From positions 32,397-96,396 of the forward strand of contig MU619359.1 of NCBI GenBank assembly GCA_025201805.1: a stretch of DNA of 64,000 nucleotides, read 5' to 3'. The position numbers were made by a program, and so were the translations under genes. This document shows, piece by piece, positions 1-14,032 of the stretch. A model generated the notes under the pieces. It was not told where the DNA came from, made no database searches, and saw only the letters and a list, made by a program, of their open reading frames with translations. Origin of the DNA: Parasitella parasitica NRRL 2501. Taxonomy: Eukaryota > Fungi > Mucoromycota. Numbering within the stretch: position 1 is the stretch's first letter; every line of letters starts with the position of its first letter.

Positions 1-415
1 AGGCTGTTAAGACGTTCATATTAAAATTTACAGAATTTTATCCAGCATTCTGTTAATGCTTTTCCCAAATGCTTGAATAAACATTATGGGAAACTCCTTT
101 TTTTCTTCAGTGCAATTTAACTTCAAAAAAATGGGCGGAAGCACAGTGCAGCAATGAATAACTCTCTCTCTGAACGAAACCAGAGTTTTATATTTGAGTG
201 AAAAGCCATACAACATGAATTCTTTATTCGCTGCGCATAATTTTCTCCATCATAGTGTGACATAATGCAATGCAGAAGGATTTAAACTATGCACGACAGA
301 TAATGATAAAAGGGGAACTTTCTTTAAAGATTTAGGAAAAAGGAGAACCATCGAATCCTATAAAAGCCTAGAGGTATCAGAAATTCTTTTCCTTTACGCA
401 CACTAATTGATAGAC

Positions 416-1103
416 ATGGCACCTCACGCTTTACTTGATAAAGAAGCTCCTACAGGCATTACTTTAAAGGATCAGCATGATCAAGATGTCAACATTTCGG
501 ATCATATTGGCAAGTCGATTCTTGTCTTATTCTTTTATCCAAAAGATGGTACATTTGTTTGCAGTAAAGAGGTACTCATACGCTAGTTGATCATTAGTGT
601 AACTGCTAGCACACTAAGCTTTATTTGTCTATTTATGTAGGCTTGCGCATTTCGTGATCGTTTAGAGGTAACTGAACTTTTCAGTTTGTTTAGTTCATTA
701 TTAATATGAATTCTAGGATATTCAAAAACAAGGAGCCCAAGTCATTGGCGTGAGCGCTGACAGTGTAAAGTCTCACGAGCAGTTTGCAAATAAGCAAAAA
801 TTGCCTTATACTCTGCTGGCCGATACAGAAGGAGAGCTCCGCACTGCGTATCAAGTGTCAAAGTTACTGTTTGGCTTCCCGCAGTAAGTATATTATTATG
901 GCATTCGAGAATGTACATAATGGCTCTATACTCATTTCACCACGATCAGGCGTACTACTTTTGTTATTGGTATAGATGGCATTGTTACAAATGTTTTTGA
1001 ATCTTTTTTCAGTTATAACTATCATATTACAAATGTCTTGAAAGCTTTACAAAAAGATTCTAAAGTTGAGACAGAATTAGTCGAGCAAGTAGAAGACCAA
1101 TAA
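416..1103 (+). CDS. Peroxiredoxin, BCP/PrxQ subfamily (multi-exon)
   Basis: Spliced translation MAPHALLDKEAP...LFFYPKDGTFVCSKE|ACAFRD: PxxxTxxC peroxidatic motif plus CxxxxC. Also VIGVSADSVKSHEQFA and LPYTLLAD. GT-AG introns; stop TAA 1101-1103. Confidence 0.85.
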
Positions 1104-1673
1104 GTGGAAGCATAACAAGAGTTCATATCATTTACATACATATATTCTTGATGGCCTTAATAAATATCATTAATCTTGAAAATATCAATATCCAATGACT
1201 TTAAAAGTACCCTAATGCAAAGTGAAGTCAATCAATAGACCAAAATTTAAAAGAGACATGGTAATACAATTATAGGCTTTATTAATCCTCAAGGCAAAAC
1301 TTACTCGTAAGAACAGTAAATATGTGAGCATTTACATTAATTCAAGAAGCAGTGTGTACGTGTGTGTGTGCGAGAGAATACTTGAAAACTGAATTCATTT
1401 TTATGTGGGGAATAATCAAATGGGTGAAAAAAAAAAGAAATAAATGTACATCTACATTCATAAAAATAGGATCCAGCCAGCCTAAATAGAAAATGATTAA
1501 ATATATAGTTTTGATTTGTATAAGTTGAAGTGTATGATGGTTGTATATGTCGTTTTTTTGTCTTTTCTTCTTTTTGGGTTGGTTTTTCTGAATGATTATT
1601 GTTTGATTATTGTCTGATAGAGGTTTTTATGTGCATTTTCTTTGTTCTTGATGTATTCTTTTGTATCCTTGAG

Positions 1674-2822
1674 TTAATTAGCACCTTCTGAAAGATTAAT
1701 CAATAATTGGCCAAGGCAACGCTTCGTAGCGACATCATCCTTCAAGACTGGGTGAAAAGTAGAATCTCGAAGTGGTTCGGGAAGACATTGTCGCAAAGCT
1801 TCACGTGCTCTAAAATAAACCCACTCAAGTTACTCAAATGCCAACGTAATGCAGAATGTACATTGTAAATTTACCTTGGATTTTCAGAAAGTCGAAGATA
1901 ACAGCGAATAACGTGCTTCAAAAGACGCATAGCTTGGTTATCTACAAGTTGATTAACCATATTGTGTAAAACAGTAGCTACGGCATAAAAGCGTTCATAG
2001 GTCTGACAAATATAATACTTGAACAGCCTCATTAGTAATCGTTTCTCATTGTCTCCTTGAACAATAACTTACCAAACCAGTCTCATCTAAAAGGATCTTT
2101 TGAACCACAAATATAGCTACAGTTTTGGATAATTCGCTACCAGTTTCCATGATACGAAGACAGAGAGGAATAATTTCAGTTGATAAAAGGAAACTGATGA
2201 CTTCAGGATTGTCATTCTAAAGTACTCAAAGTTAAAAATACTCCATTGTACTTATAGTTCTCCTTACCTTGACCAAAGCCCCAATAACACCTAAACTTGT
2301 CAATCTCAAGTATTCAAAAGGCCGAGTTTTGCTTGTTGTATTCAAAAAGGGATAAAGGTAAAGAGGAATGTGTGCTTTTAAAAAGATGCTAAAGTTAGTA
2401 CGTAATAACGAAGTATATTATCTCAAACAAGTATACCTTGGAGGAACAAACTTCTTGTTTCGTTATGATTAGCTACACATTGGAGGAGAGCAAGAGCATT
2501 ACAGACTCGATTGGAGGCTCCACCACTCAATGTGGGAGGGGTTAACAAAGGATAAACTGTAACTATCTCCTGAAGTAATACAGGAATTACGCCTAATACA
2601 ACCAATGATGAGCATACCATTTTGTATACAATACAGTAGATATTACCATAAGAATACCATAAAACCAATGCTAAATCTTCATATTGCTCTCTCTTCTTGC
2701 TCAAGTCTAATAAAGCTTGCTCCCTCGAGGAAGGATTAAGCAAATCTAATACAAGTCCGTAAATTTTCTCCTCATCTAACTGTTGCATTTTTTGGGCAGC
2801 TTGGTGTTCTTGTTGCTGTTGC

Positions 2823-2855
<33 letters not shown>

Positions 2856-3100
2856 AAGACAAAATTGGCTGACATAGGTAGGGCCTGAGAGCCAACGCCA
2901 TTGTTCATCATTTGAGCATATACAAAAGGGTCAGCATTGTTTCCCCCAGTGGCACGATTCATGGCTGGGAAATGTTGAGACAACGCGTTCATGTTGTTAT
3001 TAGGACCAGGTTGAAGAGAAGAAGCTAGAGGGTTTCCACTTGCTCCTGACAACGAAGATTGTTGCAAATACTGCTGAATATTTCCATTATGTTGTTGCAT
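1674..3100 (-). CDS. RCD1: CCR4-NOT subunit Rcd1/CAF40/CNOT9 with Q/N-rich N-terminus
   Basis: [62 protein letters not shown] across exons; stop at 1674-1676. Confidence 0.95.
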
Positions 3101-3863
3101 GTCTTTTTTTGGGCTTTTTTTGTTTTTCTATCCGTTTTTAATTTTGTGGGCTTCGTTGTTTTTTTTTATTTTAATTTTTTGGGTTAAATAATATATAGTG
3201 TGTATTAATTAAGGATCAAAATAAAATATTATAGAAAAAAGAGAGGGAAGAAAAAATAAATAAATAAAAAAGCTAGTGTCGCATTCTGCGGCTAGTTTAA
3301 ATTCTTTTGGATTGACGACGAACGGTAGCCAACTGCCATGAGGAAGTGAGCCAGTGAGAAATAGATTCAACCATGCTGATTTGAGGCAGTCAACTCCCCT
3401 GACTTCTGGCTTGAGTTATCAAAGTACTCTCTATACAACCGCATGCATCATATTTAGTGTCTTTATGTATTTTATAGCTTCGTTTCTTACAAGGTTGTTT
3501 TGATTTTTTTCAATTCCAGAGAAGCCTGGCTCAAAACAAACTGATTTTTTGGTTGAGCTGCAAAACAGAAAACTCTTTCACATCTTTACCTCTCTCTCTT
3601 TTCATTTACATTTCCATACTATCAAACATTTTTCTGGGTCAACATCAAATATCACGACTACCACACATTTATTCTATTATCTTTAAAATCAAAATTTCTC
3701 GACGCACGATTTTTTCTCTCTATATTTCACATTAAATCCAGCCCTAAACCTCGTTATGTTGGGTTGGTAACTTTATTGAAGAAGAAAGATTATTTATATA
3801 CATAAGAAGCAACGAAAATACCCCTCTCACCCTTTTAATTTAAGGAGACCTCAAAGAAAAAGA

Positions 3864-5878
3864 ATGATGGATAACAACATTTTAAAATCTAAAAGCGAAG
3901 AGTCTATCGATTCTGGAGTTTATAGCCCAACTGCAACGGCATATGAAAAAGAAGAAGATGCTGAGCAAAATACGACCAGTTCCCTGTCCCTTGTTCGTCA
4001 GCTTGCGGCTCAATTCCCTGAATATGAAAGAAATCCACACATGGAGCCGTTTGGTTCGGTTTTAATGAACCCCAACGTTGAAATGGATGCGGAAAGATCA
4101 AAATTAGAAAGCGAAAGAGTCATTGAAGTGTCTAATAATGGCAGATATGCCAAACTCAACACATTCTTGGGAAAAGGCGCATTCAAGGTTGTTTATAAAG
4201 CTATTGATCGTGAGGAAGGCTATGAAGTTGCTTGGAACGTTTTACAGGTAACTATTTTGTGTACCTTTTTTTTTTTTTTTGCAATTTTATTTTACTAAAT
4301 GGGTTTAAACATTTGTAGGTCACTCGCCAAGAAGTCAAGGCTTTGGGCCATGAAATAGAGATATTGAAATCTGTACGACATCCAAACATTATTACATTTC
4401 ATGAAGCATGGTATAACGAGTCAGAATTTGTCTTTATTACTGAACTGATGACTTCTGGTACGCTTCGCGAATATATTCGGAAGTTATCGCCTTTGCCAAA
4501 TATGAAGATTGTGAAAAGATGGTGCCGTCAAATCCTAAAAGGATTGGTTTATCTGCATGGTCATCAACCTACTATCATTCATCGTGATATCAAGTGTGAT
4601 AATATCTTTATCAATGGCGCTCATGGGGAAATCAAGATTGGGGACATGGGCACTGCGGAAATGAAGGTGGATAAAAAGTATACTGTGATTGGCACCCCTG
4701 AATTCATGGCACCTGAAATGTACGAGGAAAAAGGCTATAGTGAAAAAGTGGATATTTATGCATTTGGCATGTGTCTATTGGAGATGGTTACTGGAGAATA
4801 CCCTTATAATGAGTGTACCAACGCTGCCCAAGTCTTTAAAAAGGTAACGCAAACGATCCGTCCTGAATGTTTGTCTAGAGTCCAAGATCCCGAGGTTTTA
4901 ACTCTGATTAACAACTGCCTTGCAACCGAACATGAGCGTATGTCCGCACAAGAAATCCTGGAGCATTCATTTTTGGCCGTGGAGCCAGAGGTTGTCATGT
5001 TGGCTACTGATGTTGGGATGAAACAATTGACGCTACAAGTTGTGTTCAAGGGCATGGACAAGTTATCTGTCAAGTTCGAGTTCAACGCTGATACAGACAC
5101 GGCTGAAGATGTTGTCGCAGAGATGATTGAGGAGCAAGTATTGCCTGAGCGATATCAACAGTTGATTACTGGCGACATCAATCGTCTTTTGCGTGATTTA
5201 ACCAAGCAACAAAATACGGCTGCTGAAAAGATTGAAGATGACCGCATGGTTTGGAGAAGGGAAAATGACATCCGCTCAGAATTAGAGCGTGCAAAGAATG
5301 AATTATTCACAACGAGAGAAAAGATTGCTGATATTGAGAAAAAGTGCAACAGTTTCGAACAAAGAACTCAACTCGCAGAGGAAAGATACAAAGATACCAT
5401 TACTGCATTAGAACAAGCGAAGATTTCTGCTTTTGGTGAGCCTGAGTTGGAAGCAGAAAGCTTGGTTGCACCTACTACGACAACTACACCGATTACTAGT
5501 TCAGAAGAACATATCCCCATTGATTCATCAGGTAATCATTCGTTTCTTTATGCAGTATGTGTTATTGTATATTCATAGCTTATTTTAGAATATCCTCATG
5601 ATACCAGTATCGAAACATTTGTACTTGAAACTGCTGCTTCTACTAACCGTAATAAGGATAAGGCTCTTGAATGGGTCCGAAAACTTCAGAATCAAGACAT
5701 CATGACTGTTGGGGATCTCCGAGATTTGCATGATGAAGATTGGGCCGGCATTGGTCTTACTGTATTTGCGTTAAGAGCTTTAAAAAATATGCTTGTCGGC
5801 AAAAAGCATCAGCAACGATCAAGAGCTACCTCAAGCGGCACGAATACACCAATTGAAGAGCAAGATCAATACCTTTAG
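3864..5878 (+). CDS. WNK-family Ser/Thr kinase with PF2/CCT-like domain, coiled coil and C-terminal SAM-like domain
   Basis: LGKGAFKVVYK (catalytic Lys in subdomain I), EVAWN replacing VAxK, IHRDIKCDNIFING, IGTPEFMAPE, KFEFNADTDTAEDVVAEM. Introns ~4248-4318 and ~5532-5588; stop TAG 5876-5878. Confidence 0.92.
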
Positions 5879-7341
5879 ATTATCCTTACGTTCTTATTTT
5901 GTATTAATACACCTTATATTCCCTTTTACCTTTGTCTCTTTTGCGTTTTTCAAATCGAAATGGTGAGTCTTCAGCTAGAACTATATATCATGGTTTTTTT
6001 TTTTTGGAAAATCTGTTAATTTGATTAATAAGCATGCAACTGCTTAAATGTTTGTTCTTATATCTCACGAATTCTAATGTGTCTCTTTTGTTAATATGCT
6101 TTACAAACAATAGCTGTTATAACTAGTGTGATGGAGTATAATTGTTTAGTAGGGTGTGTAGAACGATATATTATTATGTTAATGGCAAATGTTGGCGTTC
6201 CTCCAAAATATTAACGTTGCTATTTAAGCCGATACTTAATACATAACGTACGTAAACATTACTAGCCAAGTGTAATTGGCAGTAATGTACGTGATGTGGG
6301 CAACTTGTTTATTATAACTCCCGCTTTATAACTATAGTAGATCATCATTATTGATAGTTATAAATGTAATAGTAAAGTTTGATAAGGTTTTGTATAGTGT
6401 TAAGACAAGGGGATATTTTCACTAAAAAGGTTTTAATATCTGTGCCTTTTAATATTAATGTGGACCCTGTATCTATAATAAAAAAAACGTCCTGTAATGT
6501 GAATCTTTACATCTGATGTTGTATTTTATTACACATTATTCCTCATTTTTTCTATAATAATTCTTCAAACTCTACTTCTTCTTCAAACCTCCTTTTTGAC
6601 AACACATAAACCAAACATTTTTCATAATTTACTGATACACTGCGGTACTTGTTCGTAAGATATCAATTGCTAGATGTTGGGTATTTTCTGCATGAATATA
6701 TTGACGTACGAGGAGATGGCCTATATACTTCACGCTGTTGATATTATTGTTGTTGGTATACTATTTGCTTGTATAAAATCTCAGCGATATAAACAGAAAT
6801 TAAATAACGTATACTAGCAAGAGAAAGCTCGTCTTTATTGAAGTAATATGGTTTTGATGTCTAATAGCTAAAATAACTTGACAACTGAAATCTTGATTCA
6901 CCCCACAAGGTAAAGTCCCTTTATGAACCACTTCCATTTATGGCAGCATTACCAATTCCTTTTAAAATCTCACATCTGATACTCTGCGGTGCTCTTTTAT
7001 GAATAAATTTGGGTTATTTGAATTTCTTGCAGTAAACAGGTCAAACCCGAGACTAATTCGACTGTTTTGCTGTTTGTTGTGCCAGTGTCAAAGGGCGCAG
7101 CGTAATGTTATGTAAATATTGTTTGTATAAAGTAATAAAGACTTTTCCGAATAAAACCAGATACAAAACTGAAGACTTTTATTGACATAAGATATGATCT
7201 CTATTTATACTAAAATATATCCCAATCAATGTTTATCCACATAACATCTGATGTTTGACAACAAGTGTCAAAATTAATATCATGATGCGTGCATTATGAC
7301 TAAGTTAGATATGGCATATGTAGCTTTTATATGGATACAAC

Positions 7342-7474
7342 ACATATCCCAATAGATCATGTTCCCTATTTATACTCAACATGATATGTTCATGGAGAAT
7401 AGAAAAATCTACCATTCCATTCTCTAAATCACACCGTGTCCCACATTTACACCTTATCTCCCATCAGTCCACTT
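7342..7474 (+). repeat. Diverged copy of dispersed repeat family (other copies at 34.7 kb and 63.4 kb)
   Basis: acatatcccaatagatcatgttccctatttatactcaacatgatatgttcatgg...cccatcagtccactt aligns by eye with 34789-34925. Confidence 0.8.
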
Positions 7475-9649
7475 GGATTCACTAATGTATAAACCATCAT
7501 ACTTTCCATGTAATAAGCGAGATCTTTAGCTGATTAATTCACAACCGTTTTATTTGAATAATTTTTTATTCTAATAAATCACGTTGGGCGATTTCTCTAC
7601 CTAAACTTATCTGCAAAAACATTTTTTATAATAAGGAAGGTTGTTGTAGTATATATTCTAACTTTACTTTCTAATATTATTTTTGAGAAAATCAGTTTCA
7701 ATACTTCTCTTTAAGAACCTTACAATAGCAACCTCCTCAATTCTTCTTAATATGATCTTCCCTGTTTATTGTCAGCCAAATTTTCTAATTTTTTGTTTAA
7801 ATTGCTCAGTATGGTAGTAAATAAAGATTCGATAAAAGCCTTGAAACAATCTTTATATTTTAATCATTTAGAGTATAAAGACGATGTCTAATTTTCCCTT
7901 GTCATAGCGCCATTATATACAGTAATCACAAGCGGTTAGCATTCTAACAAAGATTAGCTGTAAGCGCAGGCATTTTCTGAAGAATATAATAAAACCTACG
8001 ATAGTTCCTGATTAATAGTTGGCGAGACAATCAAAGTCAAATGTATCCCTTTATTTAACTTTTCATCTATCTATTAAAATAGTCTAATATTGTTTTTGAA
8101 TGTTTTTAAAATCTCTAGCATTACTGGATTTCTGGCCTTCTTCCATCGCAATGTATGCTTTCGTGGATATTTATATTTATAATCTTCCAGCGTCAATAAA
8201 AGCACGATTCCGAAAGCGCTAGCCCGACCCTTTGTTTTAGTCTGATCTTGGTTCCAACGTCTACTCCGTAAAGGTTATAGCAATATATAATGTATAGTAA
8301 TAGCTTATCATGTTTCTAAAAGTAATTATCATAAATAATAAACCACTAGTGTTCCTTTTGCCAATACTTGTCAAATATAAATTCGTCCTCCAGTGGTAGC
8401 AATGAGTAGAATGTTTGTATAATAGACTTTTTGCCTGCAATACGTAAGGAAATTTTTAAATGGTGGCATTGCCTGATCATCTACATAGAAACACATTTTC
8501 CGTAGATTATACCGATAAATGGCCAATATGCATGTGCTTTTGCGATTCATCATACATAAATCTAAACCTATAATTATAGTCGTAAGATTGCGATAATTGA
8601 TATCAAATTTTGTCTATATAATGCTACTCCTATTACATGAGAGTTTTGATTTACGTTATAGACATATGCCATATATTTCATGTTAATTTTAACAAACGTG
8701 AATAGTGAATTAAAAGTGCAAAGTGTTTTATATAAACGACAACTATTTTAAGCGTATAGACATTGGATTTGTTACGAAAATTGGCGCATCAAATAATATC
8801 CACTTTTTGGACCAAGCAGATTGAATAGGAGGATTAATTTCAGATTCCTGTGATTACAGCTTAATAATATATTTCCAAGTATCTAAGTGATGGCTGGTGA
8901 TGGCGATACTCTACTAATAATCTTTGCAGTCGAAATGTTTTTTAATTACGATACAAACTAATAGTGAGAAAAATAGTTGCATTGTGGCCAACATACTTTA
9001 CAATGATCTCACAACTGCATCAGGAACACTATGAAACGTGCTAGGATGATGAGACTCATGCATTCGACTTTAGCTCATAAAGCCTATCGGATCCTGTATT
9101 TGCTATCCTCCCCTTCGCCTTTTGTAATGTCCTCTGTGTTACAAGAAATTGGAAAGACGGTAAAGGTGGCAAGTTAGAACATTGTTCATAATTGAGCCCG
9201 ATAAAGATACACCGACTTTTATGATGAGCATATGTCGATCTTATATGCCACATCATTTGTATAGGTTTTTGTAGTCGATATTTGGCAAGTGTGTGTCATA
9301 TCAATTTATTTATTTCAGGTCCCATATCAATTTAAACGGGAAACGCTGGAAAAATGCTCCTTTCAGTAGCCTGCTTGCATCTAATTCGATGTTGTGATCA
9401 TTAATTTCCCCTCATTTGATGTTGGCCCACTACTGGTTGCCACTCCGTTTCAAAAAGATACCTACTACATCTAAACCAACGTGCAAGCACAACTATAAAA
9501 AGCCAAGGATGCCGCTTCCTCTCTCTTTTTCGGTTTCTTTTTTCTTTTTCATATCGTCTCTATATTTTTTTTAGAATAAGCTTACAAAGCAGAGAAACCC
9601 GAAAAATCACACATTTTAGCAATTGATCGACGTTTAGTTAGCAGCAGTT

Positions 9650-11101
9650 ATGATTCAATTGTCAGCATATGGAGAGAGAGTGGTGGATCGTATCAGTATG
9701 ATTGGCATGTGGATTGCAGTTATTGTTTGCGTTCGAAACTTTTTCGTCTGTCTTCGGCAATATCGTCGTACGCACGGGTTAATGTAAGGGTGGTTTAGCA
9801 ATGGTAGTTATGAGCACTGGTTAATATATTTCATGTACAGCCATCTAATGAACATGGCACAAGTCGTGGTATTGTTTATTCATCGTTTTCTGTACGGACT
9901 TGTTCCGTTATTTGAGATTACAACATGCGCATTTTGGCCTTTGCTTGTATCGTAAGTATTGTTTGTTGTGTTTCGATCATGCCTTTTTTTTTTTTGTCAT
10001 TGCTAACGCAGCTTACGTCTATAGTCTATGGCACTTGAGTAATGTACCATGAGGTCATACAATGTGTATCGAATTATACTTACATATTTTATATGAAATA
10101 TAGATTATATCCTAATCTACTCTATCATGTTCAAAAGACTCGTTATATTGGAGTCAGATAGACATTCTTTTTGGATCAAGCTTACTGGCATCTTTTTGAT
10201 TACACTTCGGTTTGCTGATTGGCCTTATGAATTGGCATTTCATACGTTGCAACAGCAGCTTATGTCACAATCAGTCGAATTTGGATCCAACTGCCTTGCA
10301 CAATGGTAGGTTGACTACTTGACATTGTGTATGTATTTATTCAAATATTTGCAATAGGGGCACTGGTGTTATTACACTAAACTTTGTAGCTGATGCGTTG
10401 GCCAACCTGTTTCTTAGTGGCATGTTTGTCAGAAGGTAAATACTGGATGTTTGCGCAAATATTTTATAATGGGGACTAAGTTCATACACAACATATTCTA
10501 AAGACTTTACGTGCATATCCGAAATTCTCGGACGGTAATGAGTCATAGAAACCAGATAATCGAGTACATTGCACGCAAATCACTTGTGTGCCTAATTTTG
10601 ACGTTTGTTGTTAATTTAGCTATGAATTTATTCAAAGCAACTAGGTTTATTGGCGATCGATCTGATGTAAGATTTTTCTTTTTTAGCAAACTATCCAAAT
10701 ATACACAAGAGACTAATGTAGCATTTCAGTCATTTACAGTGTATTTCGAGATTATTGAATCAACTTTATTGGTGGAAGCATTGAGAGTTGATTACACTCG
10801 GCTTCCTGAGCAAAGCTTTTGCGAACACTGTGGAATGGTGCTCAACTCCTATGGCAACAACGAGCGCAAAAATTTACATCAGCAACAAATCAACGAACAA
10901 GTCAATAATCTCAATATACCAGAGAGAACGTCTGCCAGATCTTTTACGCCATCTTCCATCTTTTTAGATGTTTCTTACAATTCAAATAACCATCAATTAC
11001 AACAACAGCACCATTCAGATAACTGTAGTTTAAATAACACCCTCTCATCGCATGCTCATATACCTTCAACAACTCGTATGAATGGAGAAGAAGAAGTCTA
11101 G
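9650..11101 (+). CDS. Orphan seven-transmembrane GPCR-like protein (multi-exon, includes a 14-nt micro-exon 10025-10038)
   Basis: Spliced product has seven hydrophobic segments, a Cys at the top of TM3 (TTCAFW), a Cys in ECL2 (SNCLAQW) and a S/N/Q-rich C-tail. GT-AG introns keep the frame. Confidence 0.7.
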
Positions 11102-11594
11102 CTGCATTTTTACAAAATTACTTTCATGCATAAATACCATAATTGACTTCAGCAGGCCCTGAAAAAAACAAGCAATTCATATATACAACTTTGTACACAT
11201 ATTATCCCCCTTATTTCAACACTTCAACTATTACCACTATTACTATTCATTAGTTTTTATTACTGTTAATTTTAATTAAAGAACTTGTACGGTTTATTCA
11301 ATAGTAATGCTATCAGTTTCTATAAGGCGTTCTCTTATTGTAATACAAGTGCAACTCAATATCCCTTAAAGTATTTAATGATGCCATCCTCAAAGGTTAT
11401 CTAGGGCGAAATGATTTGTACCTTTGTATGGACCAAGGAGACTTATCGTCGGCTACACAGAGCCCACTACTAATAAAGTTTAGATATTACATCTATTGCG
11501 TTTGCGACTACATTCTTAAAAATACATTTCCTCTTTGTTATTTTACTTGATTTATATTCTGTTTTCTTTTTTCAAAATATATTATACAGTAATC

Positions 11595-13709
11595 ATGGGG
11601 AAAGTCTATCTAATCCATAGTAAGTTTGATGTGACCACTAGCATATGTAAATACAACGCATAGAATAATAACAGATGTATACATGACAGTTGCAATTATG
11701 ACTGCAGTTTATAGTAATAGCATCGTTCATGCTCAAGCTACACAAAACTACGATGTTTCGACTACCACATTCAGTGTCATACACTCACCAAACTTTTATC
11801 CAAATCGAACCAGCAACCGTCCTGACAACAAGATGGGAGTGAGACTGGAGGGCAATGACAAAATCTACCTCTTGGATAATGCCAATTCCACAGACAGTCT
11901 TCTCTACACTGGTATTGCTGATGTACCTTTGCTATTTACCCGTTACAAGTATGTAGTTGTAAATTCTCGTAACAAAGAGGTGGACAGTGAACCATTCTAT
12001 CGCGATTTGGAGCAGCACAAAAACGGGGCATTTACTCCGTATGAGTTTTATGGCCGTCATCGTGCCCAGATACAACAATATATCAGCCGCAAACAGCAGC
12101 ATACATTACCACAAGTCAAATGGACATATAAGGATGCGCAAAAGGAGCACAGGTACAGCGAAGGCCTGGATCGAGGCCAAGTTCACCCTGTCAATGACAT
12201 TCCAACATGGCATATTCAAGCAAATCCAGCAGATTTTGGAACTTTGACAGAGAACATTCTGCAAGATGTTGGTATCACTGCAAATGTAACTCGCGTCAGT
12301 TCAAGCCATATTGAGCAATTTCGAAATGTCAAGATTGAATTGAGCGGACAGACATCAAGGTTGTTTAAAAAACTGTCTTATAGCGTTCATATTGATAAAG
12401 AAGGCTCCATAAATGGCTACCGACGTTTCAAGCTACGTTCATGTGCTACTGACCCTAGTTACATGCGAGAAAAACTGTTTTATGATATCCTGGACGCTTC
12501 CAAATTACCAACTGCAAAAGCTTCCTATATTAGGTAAATAAATAATAGCGCGTTGCTAATAATGAATGATTCGATTCAACGATTTGTATCCACAGATTAT
12601 TCATCAATCAAGAACCTCAAGGGCTTTATCTGGTCGTTGACAACTACAAAAACCCATTCTTGAGAAATGTATTAGGGAATGGAAAATCCAGCTACAAACA
12701 CGGCGCATTATTTCAAGGAAGTATGCAAGAAAATCCATTAGCTGTTGGTAAGCTTCAATCAGGAGCAAATCTGGGCTATTTAGGCCCTTCCAGCAATGAT
12801 TATATTGAAAGCAGCGTTAATTTGAGCTCCTACAAGGTACAAGAAATAGCCCATGGTGACAAATCAAAGGATAATTTAGCAAGTCTTGTATCTTTTATCA
12901 AGTTTATCCAAGAGACAAGCAAGCGCAAGCATGCCAGAAAGAGGGGTGAGAAGAAATTGACTGATGAATGGAATAAGCGATTCGATGTTTCCTTGTTCTT
13001 GAAGCAGTACGTTTTTAATTAGTACATATATGGCTGTTTACCTATTGATCTTATCGTTATTTATTGTGTAATTGCAAACAGTATTGTATTTGAGGTTTTG
13101 TTAGGTCATGGTGATGGCTACATGGGAGCAGCACACAATTACATGCTCTACCAGGACCTAGAACAGCATGGAAGATTTGTTTGGTTAGCCTCAGATTTAG
13201 ACCAAACAATGGGAAGCACGCTCAAGGCAAATAGGTCCACTCCTGCTCATTCAGCATTCCAACAGCTCGACCGCTTTGGCTTGTTTAGTCAAACAGCAAA
13301 CCGACCCCTTGTTAACCAACTCTTTCAGATCAAGCCTTTTGCTGACAGGTTTTATCAGATATTTTCAGATGTCAACCACTCATTGTTCAAATCGAATGCA
13401 ATCACAGACCATATTATATACCTGCAAAATCTTATAGAGCAAGACGTGGAGTGGGACCAACATCTAGATGCTTACCGCCCTGATAACTTTATCAAGAACA
13501 AGCATGTCTACGATGATCAGTTGAATCAAAAGGTGTTGCAGTTGCCGTTAGGCCGAGATTTCATAGATAGAATTAGCAGTAAATCTATCGGTTTTAGAGC
13601 GGCCATTGAAGGGCCCATTACAGGCCATCCTTCCATCACTTCGTTGTTTGCTTGGTTTACAGACGCAAGCCAATACCTAGACAAATTTGTCGAATCATTA
13701 AAGAATTGA
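11595..13709 (+). CDS. cotH: CotH-family (spore coat kinase-like) secreted protein
   Basis: LSGQTSRLFKKLSY, FKLRSCATDPSYMREKL, RLFINQEPQGLY, GHGDGYMGAAHNYMLY, DLDQTMG; signal-like N-terminus. The start may instead be 11683. Confidence 0.88.
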
Positions 13710-13842
13710 TTGGGTGACATTATTTAGCTAACCGATTTATGGTCATGATATTTGACCTCTTGTTTAACCAGGCCCCGCTGGTATTTTTCTTTCCTCTTTT
13801 ACTCTTTCCTCTGGTTTATTTTGAACTGTTGTATTATAATAG

Positions 13843-13998
13843 ATGGCAAGCTTTTCTATTGAATTGAGTCAATAAAACAGCAACTAACATCCAGATACCC
13901 TTTAGTCTGCCAGAATCATAGCACAAATTGTCGTCTCTTTGGGTTCTGTTGTAACTAGAGCTTTCGTAGCTGCATACAAACAAGCCGCCGCCAGTAAG

Positions 13999-14032
<34 letters not shown>

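Noticed and set aside
7850-8553. Minus-strand peptides ILLIATTGG and LTLIVSPTI resembling SF2/RecQ helicase motifs I and Ia
   Set aside because: No GKS/T or DExH, many stops and implausible spacing; could be chance or a very old relic.
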